This document shows, one piece after another, positions 12,546 to 25,800 of a stretch of 64,000 nt of DNA (positions are counted from its first letter, which is position 1; every line of letters begins with the position of its first letter). The position numbers and the translations under genes were made by a program. Below the pieces are notes generated by a model. It was not told where the DNA came from. It did not search any database and was given only the letters and a program-made list of their open reading frames with translations. The stretch is from Mobula hypostoma (taxonomy: Eukaryota): assembly GCF_963921235.1 (NCBI RefSeq), contig NC_086109.1:36644001-36708000 (forward strand), written 5' to 3'.

Positions 12546-13519
12546 ATCACTTTGCCCTTGAACCAAAGTGGCAATCGCCCAGACTGGATTTCCCTTTACT
12601 TTTAGTGAACTGGGCAGGTTTGAGAAATTTCTAATGTTTATCTCAGCATTATTTTTTTTAAAAACTTGGCTAGATACATTATTAATCATTCAACATAAAT
12701 AATTAGTGTTACAACTAAAATAGATCAAAGCCTAGAGTTACTGCTATATCTAGTTTGCTTAGCCATCTGCTGACACCAAGTAAAATGAAGCAAATTGACA
12801 GAAGACTAATGGATTAGATCTCTGGAAGAGGCCGAGGTAATCTACTCGGCACGTCTGTGTGAAGATGATTGCAAATGTTCCAGATTTGCTTTTTTTTTCT
12901 GCACTCACATGTTGAATGCTGCCATTAGTGAGAGTGGAGACGTTGACTGAACCTTCTCCTCTGATTAGCTGTTAATTGTTCACCAGCATGGATAAGTGAA
13001 GGTGGCAGCATTTCAAAGCTTTTTTTTCCACTTCACTTATAGGATTGTTTAATTCCGTCTATCACAGGCTATTTTGGCTGCCAGCAGTCTCGTACTCTAG
13101 TTTTGCAAAGCTGGAATCACATCCGCAAGGAAACTTTGTATTCTACTACCACATTCTTCAAACTCTAGTCTGCTGGGTTAATGGTTAATACTAACTTGAA
13201 CAATTATTAAATCTATAGGTTACAGATTGATGTGGGATGCAGCTCTGCTGCTTCTAAAATTATGGATGGTCAATTTTAACCTACCAGATATGTTTTGAAT
13301 CCATCCTATTTCACATACTAGACATGTTCTAAAACACAATGGAGGGAGATGTGAAGTAGCGGGAATGCTATGCATAAGGAAAGTTAAGCTGTCTCTCACC
13401 AAACAGCAATTAATAATTAAGATGATCTAATAGACAGATTTCACATTTCACATTTGCGTGTGAGCAGCAAATATTAACTTAAAAATGAAAATAAAGATTC
13501 AAAAGCAATGAAGATATAA

Positions 13520-14165
13520 CACACTTGGCATTCAGGATAAGGTAGTAAATTGAACTTGGCAATGGCTTTGTGATAGTAGGTGATTGCTTCTCTGTCTAGA
13601 GGCCTGTGATTAATGGTGTGTCACGGGGATCACCGCTGGGTCTGTTGTTGTTTACCATTTTTATCAACAATCTGGATGATAACCTGGTAAACTGGATTAT
13701 CCAATTTGCAGATAACTCCAAGATTGGGGTCATAGTGGACAGCAAGGAAGGCTATCAAAATCTGCAGTGGGATTTGAACTAGCTGGAAAAATGAGACAAA
13801 AAATGGCAGATGCAATTTAATATGGCAAAAAATGTGAGGTATTGTAATTTGGGAGGACAAAGCAGGGTAGGATTTATACAGTGAATAATGAGGAGTGAGG
13901 TAGAACAGAAAAAATCTGGGAAAAAAGATCTATAATTACTTGAAAGTCAGAGGTAGAGATGGTTGTAAAGGAAGCTTTTGACACATGGGCCTTCACAAAT
14001 CAAAGTACTGAGTACAGGAGTTGGTAGTTTACGTTGAAGTTGTATAAGTTGTTGATGAGACAAAATTTGGCATACTCAGTACAGTGCTGGTCACCAACCC
14101 ACAGGAAAGATATCAATAAGATTGAAAGAGTACAGGGAAAATGTACAAGGATGTTCCAAGGATTC
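13520..14165 (+). mobile_element. Decayed CR1 RT fragment
   Basis: FADN-like tttgcagataac near 13706; ORF 14034 KLYKLLMRQNLAYSVQCWSP. Confidence 0.8.
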
Positions 14166-14756
14166 TTGCTGCACAGATATAATGACTCCATGACGATAAC
14201 TATGACTATAGCATTCATAGATCTTGTAAGGACAGAAATTTGCTTTCCCAGCATCTGAGCAGGCACTTTTTGGAATAACCACAAATGGAAACTTTATCAC
14301 TGGTATATTGGTGAGGGGTTCCCTTACAACCTGTCCCAGCTCTAGTCTAGCCATTGTGTCCTTCGGGACTTGGGTAACATGGTTTGCTGAGGTGCAGTTC
14401 TTCTACTGCTGGTCATGGATGCTGAAGTCCCTCATCAGAGGGCATCCTTCTAGCCTTGCTACCCTCAGAACTTCTTCAAATTCTTTTGAATATGTGGGAG
14501 CATTGCTTCGTTAGTTCAGAAAGTAGCTGTTCATCAAGAACTTTACGTGTCTATGAAAATCAGAAAAAATGCTGAAAGTCTAAAATAAAAAAGAAAATGC
14601 TGGAAGTACTCAGTAATAGAGGTTAATCTGTGGCAATTGGAACAGAGGAACAGAGTTAATAGTTCAGGTTCAAGACCCTTTGTCAGAACTAGGAAGGAGA
14701 CACCTCGTTAAGCTGCAGAGATGTTGGGCAGGAAGGAGTTTTTTGGGGAGGGAGGG

Positions 14757-14966
14757 AATGTCGGCTCAGACCATGAGAGGCCTGCGTCGGGCATTTTCAT
14801 ACCTTACAAGGCGCAGATTGGAAGTCTGTGTGGGGCGCCACTCCTCGCACAGACACTACAGCAATGTGTGATTAAGTGCCTTGCTCAAGGGCACAAACAC
14901 GCTGCCACAGCTGAGGCTCGAACTAGCGACCTTGAGATCACTAGACAAATGCCTTAACCACTTGGG
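14757..14966 (-). mobile_element. tRNA-derived SINE with conserved central domain
   Basis: Minus strand ccaagtggttaagg (A box) .. gttcgagcc (B box) .. gtgcccttgagcaaggcacttaa. Confidence 0.7.
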
Positions 14967-16864
14967 GGGAGAGGGTAAAACCAGAGTGATAAACTCTATA
15001 CATGGCTATCTGGTCAATGAGTAAATGAGAGATGAGGGCAAAATGTACCTAGAGGTGGAAACACTTTCAGTATTTTACAGACACCATTCCCTTTGCAATT
15101 CTCTTATCTATCCATGTTCCAACCAACCACCCTCTTCCAATAGCACTTTCTCTTAGACATGCAGAAGATGCAATACTGCCACACACCTCCTCCACATAAC
15201 ATGCATCTTTCCTGTCCTGATGAAGTTCTTTGGTTTTACTCTGCCACTTTCAGGAGGACTTTCTCACTCAAGCTCATCTGGTACAAGTACCACTTCACAA
15301 ATGTGTGTTTGAATAAAAAATTTGGCATCTATAATGTTATTTTGCAGCATTGTGTATCAATACAATGCCATTGCCCAAGAGTCCAAGGACATTGGGATCA
15401 CCGGTGATGAAGGCTTCAGCATGAGACCTAGTTTGATTTATACCAGTAATGGTAAACAAAATGCAAATACTGTAATCTAAAACAAAACAGAAATTCTGGC
15501 AGAACTTAACCTGTCAAACAGTAACTGAGGAAAGAGAAACTGAGAACAATATGAGGGAGAGACTCTCTTCCAAAACATCATCTGGCATCTCTTTCCACAG
15601 ATGCTGCTTGGTCAGCTGAGTTCTTCCAGTATATCGGTTTTAGTTACACCAGATTATGTTGTTTTTATTCACTGATTGGCTGATTGGCTGATAACATTTC
15701 ATAATACACAGGTTCCAATTATGGTTACCAGAACAATACATAAAATTGGCCAAAGTCATTCCCTTGACTAGCAAAAGCAGAATGACCAGATACCATGCAA
15801 ACACATGCACCAAACATTCTGCCTATTTTCAGACAGGCAGGAAGAAAACAGAAACCACTTGAAATAATTAATGAAAATGCTTTCAATAGGTAACTCCATC
15901 TTCATCTATTTTAGAAATGGTACTTGAAGGTGTTACATTCTCATAATTTTTTTCAGGTAATAATAAAATTTTCAATTATTTACATATCCTGAATGAATTT
16001 AATTGCTACTTCTACTTATTTTTAAGTCATATGGAATTTGGAACTACTTGTATCTGAATTAAGTAAATTTCCTATTTCACAATAAGATGTTTGAGTCACC
16101 ATTTGATTTGTTAACACACCAATTCTACAGCTACAAACATTTACTTATTGTTTGCTGAATTTATAAGGCAAATAAACATCCTTTATGCTGCTCTGTGATG
16201 GAATGCAAATTAAGATTTCCCAGGACAGATAAGTCCAGGCCAGGGGAGCTGAACAGTGGACACATGTAACTCGAGGTGGCCAATCCATTTGTGTTTAGGC
16301 AATAGTGAGGGTCTTACCAGACTTAATGCTAAGGCCTACAGTTTGTAAAACAATTATAGAACAATCACCCAGTTGCAGTCAACCCCTTATCTGGACCCAC
16401 TTGTGCACAACATAAAAATCCTAAAATGTTAGAATTTTAAATATTTATATGTGCAATTACTGTATATCATTAGAAAAACACCAGTCTGGCGATTGAATTG
16501 CAATTCAACAGTAACCCAAAGACAGCTAGGATTTACCTATCAAACATCATTAAGGTAAAAATTAATCTTGGCTAACAATGTAATTTGATATCAACAATCC
16601 TGTACCTAGTACTTGGTTTCACTGATATTGTATGAGCTATGAGTCAATGTCATGCATTTACTTTTATCCTCTCACACCCTGACAAAGCTCACATTCCAAA
16701 AAATCGATGAGTGGGTTTTACTCAAGTGCTTTTATTTTTATTTGTACTCTTTGTTGAGTCTTGATTTTTTCCAGTAACTTTTCAAGGTAATGAGTTTTCA
16801 TTGGAAGTAATTCAAATTATACAAAAACTCTTTAAAAATGTTCTCTTAGTGAACATGGCACATA

Positions 16865-17432
16865 CATTCTGAGGTCAATTTATTAGGTATACCTGTACAC
16901 ATGCTCATTAATGTAAATAACTAATCAGCCAATCATGTAGTAGCAATTGAATACATTAAAACATGTAGAATTGGTCAAGAGGTTCAGTTGTTGTTGAAAG
17001 CAAACATCAGAATGGGGAAGAAATATGATCTAAGTGACTCTGACTGTGGAGTGATTGTTTGTTCCATATGGGGTGGATTGAGTTTCTCAAAAACTGCTGA
17101 TATCATTGGATTCTCACACTGAACGGTCTCTAGAGTTTGCAAAGAATGGTGTGAAAAACAAAAATAATTAAGTGAGCGGCAGTTCTGTGGGCAAAAACGT
17201 CCTGTTAATGAAAGAGATCAGTGGATAATGGCCAGACTGGTTCGGGTTGACAGGAAGGAGACACTAACTCAAATAATCACACATTGCAACAGTGGTGTCC
17301 AGGAGAGCATTTCTAATGCACAACATGTCGAGCCTTGAAGGGGATGGGCTACATTCGGAGAAGACCATGGAAATACACACATGGGTCGCTTTACGAGGTA
17401 CAGGAGGTACTTAATAAAGTGGCAACTGAGCG
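16865..17432 (+). mobile_element. Non-autonomous Tc1-like element retaining N-terminal transposase remnant
   Basis: TA-flanked degenerate TIRs related to cactcagtggccactttattaggtac; homologous to 39971-40500. Confidence 0.75.
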
Positions 17433-17719
17433 TAAGTCAACTTGATCTGTTAATTAGAAATATTTCATACAACTATTTAAGGAGGGAGTTCTGAAATAAT
17501 ATTAGTTCATAACCATAAGTTTTTAACCCCATCCTTTTTGTAAGAATCTTGGGCTCCCAATTCCAATCTAGATCAAAAGCTATATTTGGGAGAAATTTGG
17601 AATGGACAGAGTTTGAGGGGAATTCTACACAGTTTTTTGCACAGTGGCTTGGTCTCTCATCAATACAGCTCACTGGGTTTTGAGAGTAATAGTTTTCCAT
17701 TACTTGTTAATAAGAAATA

Positions 17720-19341
17720 CAGTGCCTATAAAAAGTATTCATCTCCCTTGGAACTTTTCATGTTTTATTGCTTTACACACTGAATCACAGTGGATTTAAT
17801 CTGGCTTTTTTGGCACTGATCAACAAAAAAAGACTCTTTCATGTCAAAGTGAAAACAGAACTCTACAACGTGATCTAAATTAGTTACAAATATAAAACAG
17901 AAAATAATAGATTGCATAAGTATTCATCCCCTTCAAGTCAATATCAGTAGATGCACCTTTGGCAGCAATTACAGCTTTGAGTCTGTGTGGATAGGTCTCT
18001 ATCAGTTTTGCACATCTGGACACTGCAATTGTTCCCCATTCTTCTTTACAAAACTGCTCAAGCTCTGTCAGATTGCATGGGGATCGTGAGTGAACAGCCC
18101 TCATCAAGTCCAGCCATAAACTCTCAATTGGATTGAGGTCTGGACTCTGATTTGGGCACTCTAGGACATTAACTTAGCTTTTTTTAAAGCCATTCCTGTG
18201 TAGCTTTGGCTGTATGCTTGGGGTCATTATCTTGCTAGAAAACAAGCTTCCTTCAAAGTCGCAATTCTCTTGCAGAGTGCATCAGGTTTTCCTCTAGGAT
18301 TTCCCTGTGTTTTGCTGCATTCATTTTACCCTCTACCTTCACAAGCCTTCCATGGCCTGCTGCTGCAAAGCACCTCCACAGTGTGTTGCAGCCACCACCA
18401 TGCTTCATGGCAGGGATGGTGTATTTTTGATGATGTGCAGTGTTTGACCTATGCTAAACATAGCTTTTAATCTGATAGCCAAAAAGCTCAATTTTGGTTT
18501 CATCAGATCATAGAACCTTCTTCCAGCTGACTTCAGAGTCTCTCACTTGCCTTCTGGCAAACTCTAGCCACGATTTCTTGTGAGTTTTTTCAACAGTGGT
18601 CTTCTCATTGCCACTCTCCCATGAAGCTATAACTGGTGAAGCACTTGGGCAACAGTTGTATGCATAGCCACTGAAGCTTGTGACTCCTCCACTGATGTCA
18701 TACGCCTCTTGGTGGCTACCCTCATAAGTCCCCTTCTTGCACAGTCACTCAGTTTTTGAGGACGGCCTTCTCTAGGCAGATTTACAGCTGTGCCATATTT
18801 TCTCCATTTCTTGATGATTGACTAACTGCACTCTAAGGGATATCCGGTGACTTGGAAATGTTCTTGTATCCATCTCCTGACTTGTGCTTTTCAAGAACCC
18901 TTTCATGGAGTTGCTTGGAATGTTCTTTTGTCTTCATGGTGTAGTTTTTGCTCGGATACTGACTCACCAGCAGTTGCACCTTCCAGACACAGGTGTATTT
19001 TTCTTACGGTCAATTAAAACACCTTGACTGCACACAGGTCTCCAAAAACAAATATCCATTTAACTAATTATGTTACTTCTAAAACCTATTGGCTGCACCA
19101 GTAATGATTTGGTGTGTAATATTCAAGGTAGGTGAATACTTATGGAATCAATTGTTTTGTGTTTTATATTTGTAACTCATTTATATCACTTTCTAGAGAT
19201 CTGCTTTTATTTTGAGACAAAAGAGTCTTCTTCTGATGATCAGTGTCAAAAAAAACCAAATTAAATCCATGGTGATTCAATGTTGTAAAACAATTAAACA
19301 TGAAAACTTCCAAGGGGGCTGATACTTTTTTATAGGCACTG
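17720..19341 (-). mobile_element. Full-length Tc1 (DD34E, IR/DR type, Passport-like) transposon with dead transposase
   Basis: TA|cagtgcctataaaaagtat...atacttttttataggcactg|TA, about 210-bp TIRs with inner direct repeats (17917-17934; 19125-19143). Minus ATG at 18937 gives MKTKEHSKQL; SDETKIELF, QDNDPKHT and SPDLNPIE motifs are present with in-frame stops. Confidence 0.95.
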
Positions 19342-21129
19342 TAGCTTTGTGTGCTGTTTATTTATTATTATAGTACGTTTGTCATGGAAGTTTCATGTTA
19401 TTACAAGTGCATTTTTAAAATAATTAAAGCTTTTTATAAGCAAGTTCAGAATTAAACTTGAATATAACAACCCATTTTCAGAGAATAATGTAAACTGCAG
19501 AAAGAAAAGCACATGAACAAATTTAAAGTTTTATCCACTTCCATCAATAGGTTTATAGACAATAGATTGGGAATGCACACATAGTTATCACACTGTAAGT
19601 TAATCTATTTATCCCATTAGTGCTGAAAAATATTACCCTGAAGAAGAGTTATTAAATGTTATAGATGTATAAACAATGGCAGGAAATCCATACAAACAGA
19701 AAGTAGTTATAAGACTCACTGCCTTAGAATAGCGATGACTCAAGGTTTTCCAAGAGGTTTATTTATTTTGTTCTATATTATAGCTTCATCAACCATCACA
19801 CATGTTGTCAATAATTGAGTGGTGGATTTATGAGATGATATATTACTTTTAAAGGATCATTTTGTTTTATTGTTATTTCACATTCAGTAATCTAAAATAA
19901 TTTATTAACAGCTTATCAGAATGAAACAATCAACCTGGATGGAATAAAGAAAAAAAGTGAAGATGCAATAAAACCAAAAACAAAAATAACTTTTAAAGAA
20001 CGAATTGATGATATTGGCAATTACAACAAAAACTCTACCCAAAATGAGTCTGAATAATACCTTTCTTCCCTGAATTTCTGCTCAAGTTCATTTGTCCTTT
20101 AGTAAATTCAAAAATCTGCATAGGACAATGTGTTACAGAATTTTTTAAATCATAAGTTTAAGTGATAATGATGAAATTTGATTTAATGAGTCTTAATAGC
20201 ATAAACTAACAAATAATTTAAATTATGGGATTTCCCTATTTCAAAATACATTAAGTCTCATATTACATTACTAGTAACTTATAACATATTTAAATCTCAT
20301 GCGAGATACTCAGAAAGAGAACAAAACTGCTGGAAAAGCTCAAGTCAGGCAAAATCTGTGAAAAGAGACACAGTCAGCACTCTGAGTTTGTGACTTTATT
20401 CAAAGCTGGGAAAGATATGCAAGTTATTTTACAATAGGAGTGAAGGTGGTGAGAGATATGTAGAATAAAGAGAGTGTCCGTGATAAATGAAACCAAATAG
20501 TTTAACAGTGACAGTTAACAGTACATTAAACTTGTAGGCCTATGTAATGATCTGAAAGTTGGGTGAAACAAAGGGAATTTCACAGACAGAGTGAGTACAT
20601 CTGGCAGATAGGATAAAATGTTATGGTTGTGTAAATTTGTTGACTATGTGGTTCTGGGGGATGTTCCAAAGTATTCAGCTGGCTGGTTAGACTATAAGTG
20701 GAGAGGAAAATGGAAATAGAATGGCAGATGGAAATGGTTCTGATTTAGACAAGAGGAATTTCCAAGTTCTGCAGATTTTCTTTTTGGTTTTTATTTACTT
20801 TGAAACATACTGTTTTGTGCTTTTACATACAAAACATCAAGCTTTACTCTGGAAGCCTGCTTGAAAATTTAGTCACCGGAACTCAGTGAATAGTTCACTT
20901 GAGATGTGGGCTTGTCTGCTTTCAGCACAATGCTCTTAAAATGGGTGTCACAGATGGCAAAAGGTGTAGGGGCTTGGGGGGAACAGGAAAGAATTTAAAT
21001 TATATTAAAAGCTGCATACGTTTTATGGGCAAATGAATTTTTTTGATGAATTATAATGAGACCAGCATAAAATGAATGGAGACACCAAGCCTTCTATTTT
21101 AATAAATTTATATGGAATTATTGAAGCTC

Positions 21130-21425
21130 TGCTGATGCCTGGAGACCAGAGGTTAGAGGCCTATTCTGGAGTTGGAGTCTGTGCACGTGGGTGGGTAGGA
21201 AGGAGAGTGGGAGGGATGAGATAGGCTTGTTTTGCTCTGATGTTTTGTTACTTGCTATGTTCTACCAACATAGTGGGCACACTATGTTGGTGCTGGAATG
21301 TGGGGTGACTCCTGCCGGCTGCCCCAGCACATCCTCAGATTGTGCTGGCTGTTGAAACAAATGACAAATGTTGAAAAAACTGTTTGCTTCAATGTACATG
21401 TGATAAATATATTTGAATCTGAATG
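21130..21425 (+). mobile_element. SINE-like non-autonomous retroelement 3' part
   Basis: Tail atgtacatgtgataaat..gaatctgaat; homologous in reverse to 48187-48253 plus 50123-50460. Confidence 0.6.
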
Positions 21426-22029
21426 TAAAATACTGCACACTCATACATTAATATGATATGTGTTTTCTGAATCTTACCATGCTTAAACCCTTAACTCTAA
21501 TTGTCATCTGCACCCATGACTACTTCTCTCAATGCAGATTATTCCTACAGTTACACATGTATGGAAGTTTCGTTCTAAGTCGTTAGCTTTAAATGTTATT
21601 TATTTACATTTTGGATGATTTTGAACACCTCTGTCAGGTAATCATTTGGGATATCACCCATCTGCACAAAACCATTTCTGGCTACAGCTTTCTGGGAGCT
21701 GCTCAGGTTTGTCCTGAACCTTTTAGATTTCACATTAATGAAAACACTCCAGCAATATCTTGATTGACACGTTCTCCCTCTTGATTGCTTCTCCCTCCTG
21801 TTAGCTTGTTACAAGACCATGAACTGTTTGATGATTGACCACAAGCAAAAGAAAAATGATTTGATCAGGAAAATATTTAAGCTCATGCACATTCTGGAAA
21901 GTTGATAGGGCTTGAAGCAAGTGATGGATCTGATGTTTACCAATTCCAAAGGCTGCTTGAGAATGGGACCAAACATACCAGCACCATCTTCTCTACCTTT
22001 ACATTGGCGTTTAAATCTGTATCATCACA

Positions 22030-22530
22030 GATATAGAATAATACAGCACCAAACTAGTCCTTTGGTACATACTGATCGCAACACACTCCCTGCTAGTCCA
22101 AGTTGCCTGTGTTTGGTCCATTTTTCCGATAACAAGATGACCAAGTATACAGTATATACAATAGTCCAAGTGTAGACTCACCAGTGACTTAATAATGGTA
22201 TCATGATGTCCCAACTCCTGTGCTTGATGTTCTGACTGATGAAGTGCAACATTCTAAACACCTTCTTCACAACCCCATCTTCTGCTTTCAGCGAAATGTG
22301 CACTGGTGCTCCCAAGCCCTTCTGTTCCACAAGGCTCGTCAGAGCCTTGCCATTCACTGTATCTGTCGTACCGGGTTTGCTGTTCCAAATGCATCACCTC
22401 ACACTTATCTAAGTTCAAACTCATTTCCCATTCCTCAGCCCCCATCTCACTAACAGATCATGATCTCTTTGTAATTCATCGTACCTGCTTCATGATCAAC
22501 AAGACCGCCTAATTTAGTACTATCAGTAAA
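22030..22530 (-). mobile_element. Decayed CR1 RT fragment
   Basis: ORFs WEMSLNLDKCEVMH and SLVSLHLDYCIY. Confidence 0.7.
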
Positions 22531-22534
22531 CTTG

Positions 22535-22730
22535 CTAATTTATTTATTTGTTGAGATTCAACATGGAATAGGCCCTTCCATCCCTTCAAGCTGTGCTGGC
22601 CAGCAATCCAATTTAATCCTAGCTTATTCACAAGACAATTTAGGATGGCCACTTATCCTCCCAACTGGTACATACTTGTACTGTGGAAGGAAATCAGAGC
22701 ACTTGGAGGAAACTCATGTCGTCTTGGGGG
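22535..22730 (-). mobile_element. V-domain SINE 3' part
   Basis: tactgtggaaggaaatcagagcacttggaggaaactcatg is the reverse complement of the V-domain core. Confidence 0.65.
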
Positions 22731-22870
22731 GTGAGGGGGGGATGATTTGTTCACTAAGACTAGGTCCAGTATTGCTCCTTCCTGAGTAGATTCCTCTATA
22801 TATTGCATGAAGAATATGTCTTGGAGACACCATTTGGATTCTGCCCTATTCAGGCCCTTTACACTATGGG

Positions 22871-25800
22871 TGTTATCAAGTTCAGATATGGCTCAAGTGC
22901 GGCGTGAAAGACACTGAAGCAGGTCGATAGTTCACAGACTTTAATACGAACAGTGGTAAAGGGAAAATAAAACAATTAATGCTAGGCCAGACAGGGCCAT
23001 TAACTAAAACTCTCAAAAGGAAAACAAAGTTTACACTGTGGCTGAAAAGAACATCTAAACATTAAACGAATACCACTAGTCTTCAGAGTCAGTTCACTTG
23101 CAAGTCCAATATCTCAGGGAAGGCCGAATGCAAAACAGCAGCGAAGCGCTGCTATGCTCTGTCCAAGTCGCGTCAAGCACTACAATGACAAGCATGGAGC
23201 TAAATACTATCTCGATTAAATAATTAGCTGGCACGTACAAATTCACAAGCTCAATTGCCGTATCTACTGCGCTGCCAAATCCCATGGTTGTGACAGGGCC
23301 CCCCTCTCTAGGCGCAGCATCTGAGGCACCACAGACCTGTGTCCACTGGAAGTCCTGGATCAGCGACTTGTCCAAGATGTCCTTCGCCGGGATCCAAGTA
23401 CGTTCTTCTGGGCTATACCCTTCCCAGTCCACAAGGTACTGGACCTTACCACATACCTGGTGAGATGCCAGGAGGCGCCGCACAGTATAGACAAGGGAAC
23501 CATCTACCAGCCAGGGAGGAGGAAGAGTTGGGGTGACTGGGGCCAGGGGAGAGGTAGTTACCGGCTTGAGCTGGGAAACATGGAATACTAGGTGGGTCTT
23601 CAGTGATGCTGGTAGGTGCAATCTATAGGATACCTTGTTGACAGCCTTTTCCACTACAAATGGTCCCATGTAATGTGGTGCCAATTTCCAGTTCTTGACT
23701 TTCAGGGGAAGATCCCTTGATGCCAACCAGAACTCCTCTCCTGGCTTGAATGGCCTTACCTGTTGACAGAGTCAATCAGCCTGCCAGGAATGCTGTTTCT
23801 GGCCGTTGTTTCAGCAGAGAAGCCCTGGCTCGTCTCCAGGTGCGCTTGTAGTGCTGGATCAGCTGTTCAGCAGCAGGAACTCCTACGTTGATCTCCTGAT
23901 CAGGGAAGAACGAGGGCTGGAATCTCTTCTGCTATTCAAAGGAAGACATACCGGTGAAGGACGACTGGAGGTTATTGTGGGCGATCTCTGCCCAAACTAA
24001 TTGGGAGCTCCAGGACGTGGGGTTGGAAGAGGCAAGACAGCACAGGGTTGTCTCCAACTTCTGGTTCACTGTCTCAGTCTGGCCATTAGAATGGGGGTGG
24101 AAGCCAGATGAGAGGCTGGCTGTGGCTCCTACAACAGAGCAGGAAGCCTTCCAAAAACAGGAAGTGAACTGTGGTCCACGATCAGACACTCTGTCCTGAG
24201 GAAAGCCATTGAGCCTGAACACATGTTGAACCATGAGTGTGGCAGTCTCTCGAGCCAATAGAAGCTTGGGGAGGGCAATGAAGTGGGCAGCCTTGGAAAA
24301 TCGATCCACAATGACCATAATGGTGGTGTTTTCATTAGATAGGGGCAGACCAGTGATGAAATCTACTGAGAGATGGGACCACGGGAGGCGGGGCACAGAC
24401 AGAACCACAGGACACTGGCATGATGTCTTGTTCTGACCGCAGGTGGGGCAGGCAGATACAAAGTCGTGGACATCCTGGGACATAGATGGCCACCAAAGTT
24501 GTCTCTTTATAAACTTCTAAGTCCATTGAATTCCCGGATATCCAGCCAGACTGGAGGAGTGACCTCATTCCAACACTTTGGAATGCACTGCAGCAGGGAC
24601 AAACAGCCGGTTGGGAGATTCCCCCATCAGGGCCTGGATCTGATCGTTGGGCGGCCCTCACCTCTGCCTCTATTCCCCAGGTCACCAGAGCAGCGATACA
24701 CGAGCGAGGGAGAACGGGCTCTGGAACGGCATTGTCCTCAGATCTGTCAAACCACCAGGACAGAGCACTGGCCTTTGCATTCTTGCTGCCAGGACGATAA
24801 GTGAAGATGAAATTGAACCGTGTGAAGGAGAGAGCCCACCGGGCTTGACCAGAGTTGAGTCTCTTAGCATCCTGAACATAGGAGAGGTTCTTGTGATCTA
24901 TCCAGACCAAGAATGGATGCTCTTCCCCCTCCAGCCAGTGTCGCCATTCCTCCAGGGCCTCCTTGACAGCCAGAGGCTTCCAGTTCCCAACATCGTACTT
25001 CCTCTTGGCCAGAGTCAAGCAACGGGAAAGAAATGCACAGGGGTGCAGCCGGCTATACGCAGATGAGCGCTGAGAGAGGACAGTTCCAGTGCCTACATCG
25101 GACGCATCTACCTCAACAATGAATGGCTGAGATGGGGCTGGGTGTTGCAGCAGTGGGGCAGTGGTGAAACATCGCTTTAGCTCAGAAAATGCTTGGTCGG
25201 CATCGTCCGTCCAGTGGAATCCTGCCGAGGTCTTCTTGGTGAGTGCATTAATTGGAGCCGCGATAGAGCCAAAATTCCGGCTGAAGTGGAGATAAAAGTT
25301 CACAAATCCCATGAAGCACCGTATCTGTTTGACGGTAGACAGTTTGGGCCACTCTGCAACTGTCTGAGCTTTACTAGGGTCTGTTTGAACACTGGATAGG
25401 GTAAGTATATAGCCCAAAAACGACACCTGGTCTTTACAGAATTCACATTTTTCAGGCTTGGCATACAGATTATTTTCAAGAAGGCATCTGACTACTCTCC
25501 AGACATGCTGGACGTGCTCCTGATGAGAGCAGGAGTAGATAAGGATATCATCTAAGTACACAAACACAAACTGGTTCAACATATCCCTGAGCATTAACCA
25601 AGGCCTGGAATACAGTTGGCCAGACCAAAAGGCATCACCAGGTATTCATAGTGGCCATTAGAGGTGCTGGAAGACGTTTTCCACTCATTTTCTTCTCTTA
25701 TGCATTGTAAGCATTGTGCAGATCAATTTTGGAAAATATTGTTGCTCCCTGGAAATGTTCAAATGCAGATGCCAGCAAGGGAAGAGGATAACGGTTCTTC

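Noticed and set aside
24335..25594. 419-aa ORF as a domesticated RT gene
   Set aside because: It is a surviving piece of chromovirus pol bounded by frameshifts, with the C-terminus out of frame.
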